64,000 bases of DNA, taken from Alkalispirochaeta sp. Its GTDB lineage: Bacteria; Spirochaetota; Spirochaetia; DSM-27196; Alkalispirochaetaceae. A program made the translations under genes and the position numbers. The notes below the pieces were generated by a model. The model had not been told where the DNA came from, made no database searches, and worked only from the letters and a program-made list of their open reading frames with translations. The first letter of the stretch is position 1, and each line of letters starts with the position of its first letter. This document shows, piece after piece, positions 62,149 through 64,000 of the stretch. The DNA lies in NCBI GenBank assembly GCA_965601925.1, contig OZ271854.1, forward strand, positions 2,112,001 through 2,176,000. The letters run 5' to 3'.

Positions 62149-63069
62149 ATGGCTACTAACGCTGGTCCCGGGCTTCTCCCGTCGCTCATGGAGCAGGATG
62201 ACTACCATCCGCTTTTCGCAAACAACGATGTATGGCTTCCTGCGATCCGTGCAATCTGCCGACGACACGGTATTGCCACCGATGAGCTGAAACGGACCGT
62301 ATTGGGAACCCACATCGTTTTCCAGGCCGGAGATTACATCGTCAAGCTGTTTTGCCGATTCTGGCCTCACGATTACACCGTTGAGGCTGCGTGTCTATCC
62401 AAACTGACCGAGTTGCCGATTCCGCAGCTGGTGGCTACCGGAGAACTCGAGGGTTGGCCGTACATTATCATGACGGTTCTTAAGGGCACGCCGACCGGCA
62501 AAATTTGGCGTTCTATCGACGTCGAGCAGAAGACTTCAATCATGCGTGATCTCGGGAGGTTCATTCGCCGGCTTCATGACCGGCCCCACATCGCCGAGCT
62601 ACCTTCTGATTGGGATACGTTCCTCTGTGAACGCGTCAATGGTCTTCGGAAGCATCATCATCTCACGGAGGAACAGGTGGCGTGGGTACGTGACTTCATA
62701 GAACCGATAGCGACAAGTAGGAAGCCGCTGGTCGTTCTCAACTGCGACCTCACACACGACCATGTCCTGGTAGAGCACACCGGGAGAACGTGGAGCTTCT
62801 CCGGGATCATTGACTTCGGTGACGCGATGATAGGCCACCCGTACTACGACTTCACAGCGCCACTGGTGGATCACGCGTTCGGTGAACCTACCGTGGCGGA
62901 AGCGCTTTTGCAGGGGTATGGAGAGCGCTTTTCGGACAAGCTCATACAAGAGCTCTCTCGATTCCTGTTCACGCATCGATTCTGGGCATTGGCCGACATG
63001 TCCGGTAACGCGGCGGCCAATACACCGGAGGAGTTTCTCAACAAGCTGTGGGGGCGCAACTACGCATAA
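62149..63069 (+). CDS. APH(3')/choline kinase family phosphotransferase
   Basis: GTHIVF, IVKLF, GWPYIIM, LNCDLTHDHVL, GIIDFGDAMIG. Confidence 0.88.
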   Translation: MATNAGPGLLPSLMEQDDYHPLFANNDVWLPAIRAICRRHGIATDELKRTVLGTHIVFQAGDYIVKLFCRFWPHDYTVEAACLSKLTELPIPQLVATGELEGWPYIIMTVLKGTPTGKIWRSIDVEQKTSIMRDLGRFIRRLHDRPHIAELPSDWDTFLCERVNGLRKHHHLTEEQVAWVRDFIEPIATSRKPLVVLNCDLTHDHVLVEHTGRTWSFSGIIDFGDAMIGHPYYDFTAPLVDHAFGEPTVAEALLQGYGERFSDKLIQELSRFLFTHRFWALADMSGNAAANTPEEFLNKLWGRNYA

Positions 63070-63232
63070 TCCGGTGTCGTCGCGAGAGCCATCGCTCGTA
63101 CTGACCATCTACGACACCTATCGCCGGATTACATGAGGGGGCGACCTTCACGAGAGCCGAACAATGCGTGCATGACTTGTTATGGTGCCACTGAATCCAT
63201 ACCAGCGTTTATCTCGCCCGCGGCCACGCGAC

Positions 63233-64000
63233 CTACGAACTGCGGTTGTTCGTACCCGCGGAAGTCACCAGTTGGATCACTCCACGCTTGCCGGCGGTAC
63301 GCCAACCCGGTTCGGTGCTATCCAGACGCGTACACATCGTTGGTGGCACCCCAACTAAGCAGTCGCTTTTCATGGTACGCAAAAACAGCAGCGGGTAGTC
63401 GAAGTGTGTGCCGAGTGCCGCGGCGGGGTCGGTTTCCGGCGGCCAGAGCGTGTCGCGGAAGCCGCGGCGGTAGTTGAAGTCGCCTTTGACGATCACCATC
63501 GCCGCACCGTCGAACGATCGCGCGACACGATGCGGCAGCTCGTGCAGGAATCCGGTGGTGCACCAATAGTCGTCCGGCGCGAGCGACAGTCGGCCTTGGT
63601 CGAATGCGCGGCGCACCGCGGTGGCAAACCGTGCCACAACCTCGTCGTCGAATGCCGCCGCTGCGGCGAGAAAGAGGTTTACGTCTTCGACGGTGGTGTC
63701 GCTTACGTAGGTAGGATAGAGCTTGGGGTGCAGCACCACCGATTTGGGGGTGAGACCGCAGATCGTAAGCGCCAAAACCAGATCGGCGCCCAACTCGGCG
63801 CCGGAGTTGTCACTTACGATGTGAACCGCTCCGCGCCGCGACACCAACGCCCGCGCCGCCGCAGCGCGATCGTCGATCAAGAGCAGCCGCGACTGCCCCG
63901 CGGAGTGGTCTATCGCACCTCCGGCGGCAAACGAGATGTCGGCTTTATTGCCCCACGTGCTCAGCGCCAGCGCATCCGCCACCAACCCGACGCCGTGCTC
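63233..64000 (-). CDS. ARMT1/DUF89-like damage-control phosphatase (partial; 5' end beyond the window)
   Basis: WGNKADIS, DNSGAELGADL, HPKLYPTYVSD, KGDFNYRR, RTMKSD. Confidence 0.88.
   Translation of the reverse strand, partial: EHGVGLVADALALSTWGNKADISFAAGGAIDHSAGQSRLLLIDDRAAAARALVSRRGAVHIVSDNSGAELGADLVLALTICGLTPKSVVLHPKLYPTYVSDTTVEDVNLFLAAAAAFDDEVVARFATAVRRAFDQGRLSLAPDDYWCTTGFLHELPHRVARSFDGAAMVIVKGDFNYRRGFRDTLWPPETDPAAALGTHFDYPLLFLRTMKSDCLVGVPPTMCTRLDSTEPGWRTAGKRGVIQLVTSAGTNNRSS

Overview
GC-rich bacterial chromosomal window, possibly from an anaerobic spirochaete (inferred from the 'AGGSSE'-type solute-binding-protein N-terminus and the hyd gene set; not proven). It has four blocks. (1) 1-8.3 kb, minus strand: a translationally coupled [FeFe]-hydrogenase maturation operon, hydG-hydE-unknown gene-TM1266 family-aspA-hydF, followed by a partial ABC exporter. 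HydG has an unusual CX19CX5C auxiliary-cluster motif, and the operon has a structured ~135-nt leader loosely resembling a NiCo/czcD metal riboswitch. (2) 8.9-17.7 kb: a D-apionate-type catabolic operon (apnL-like, truncated Gfo/Idh/MocA remnant, apnO, oiaC-like, FadR) converging on a sugar ABC importer with an ATPase-permease fusion. (3) 18-40 kb: a membrane-LuxR/MipA/CPBP module, a NarL-type two-component system with an acyltransferase and an unannotated acidic small ORF, and a large candidate sulfated (amino)sugar utilisation locus. (4) 40-64 kb: an accessory patchwork of small detox/stress genes (SDRs, TetR, WYL-DinB, GNAT, APH-like kinases, MmyB, a second membrane-LuxR/beta-barrel/hydrolase module, MTHFR-like, VOC, HxlR, ARMT1-like), with pseudogenes and degenerate attC-like relics. 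No rRNA, tRNA, CRISPR array, transposase or integrase was seen. All family calls come from motif recognition by eye, not from database searches.
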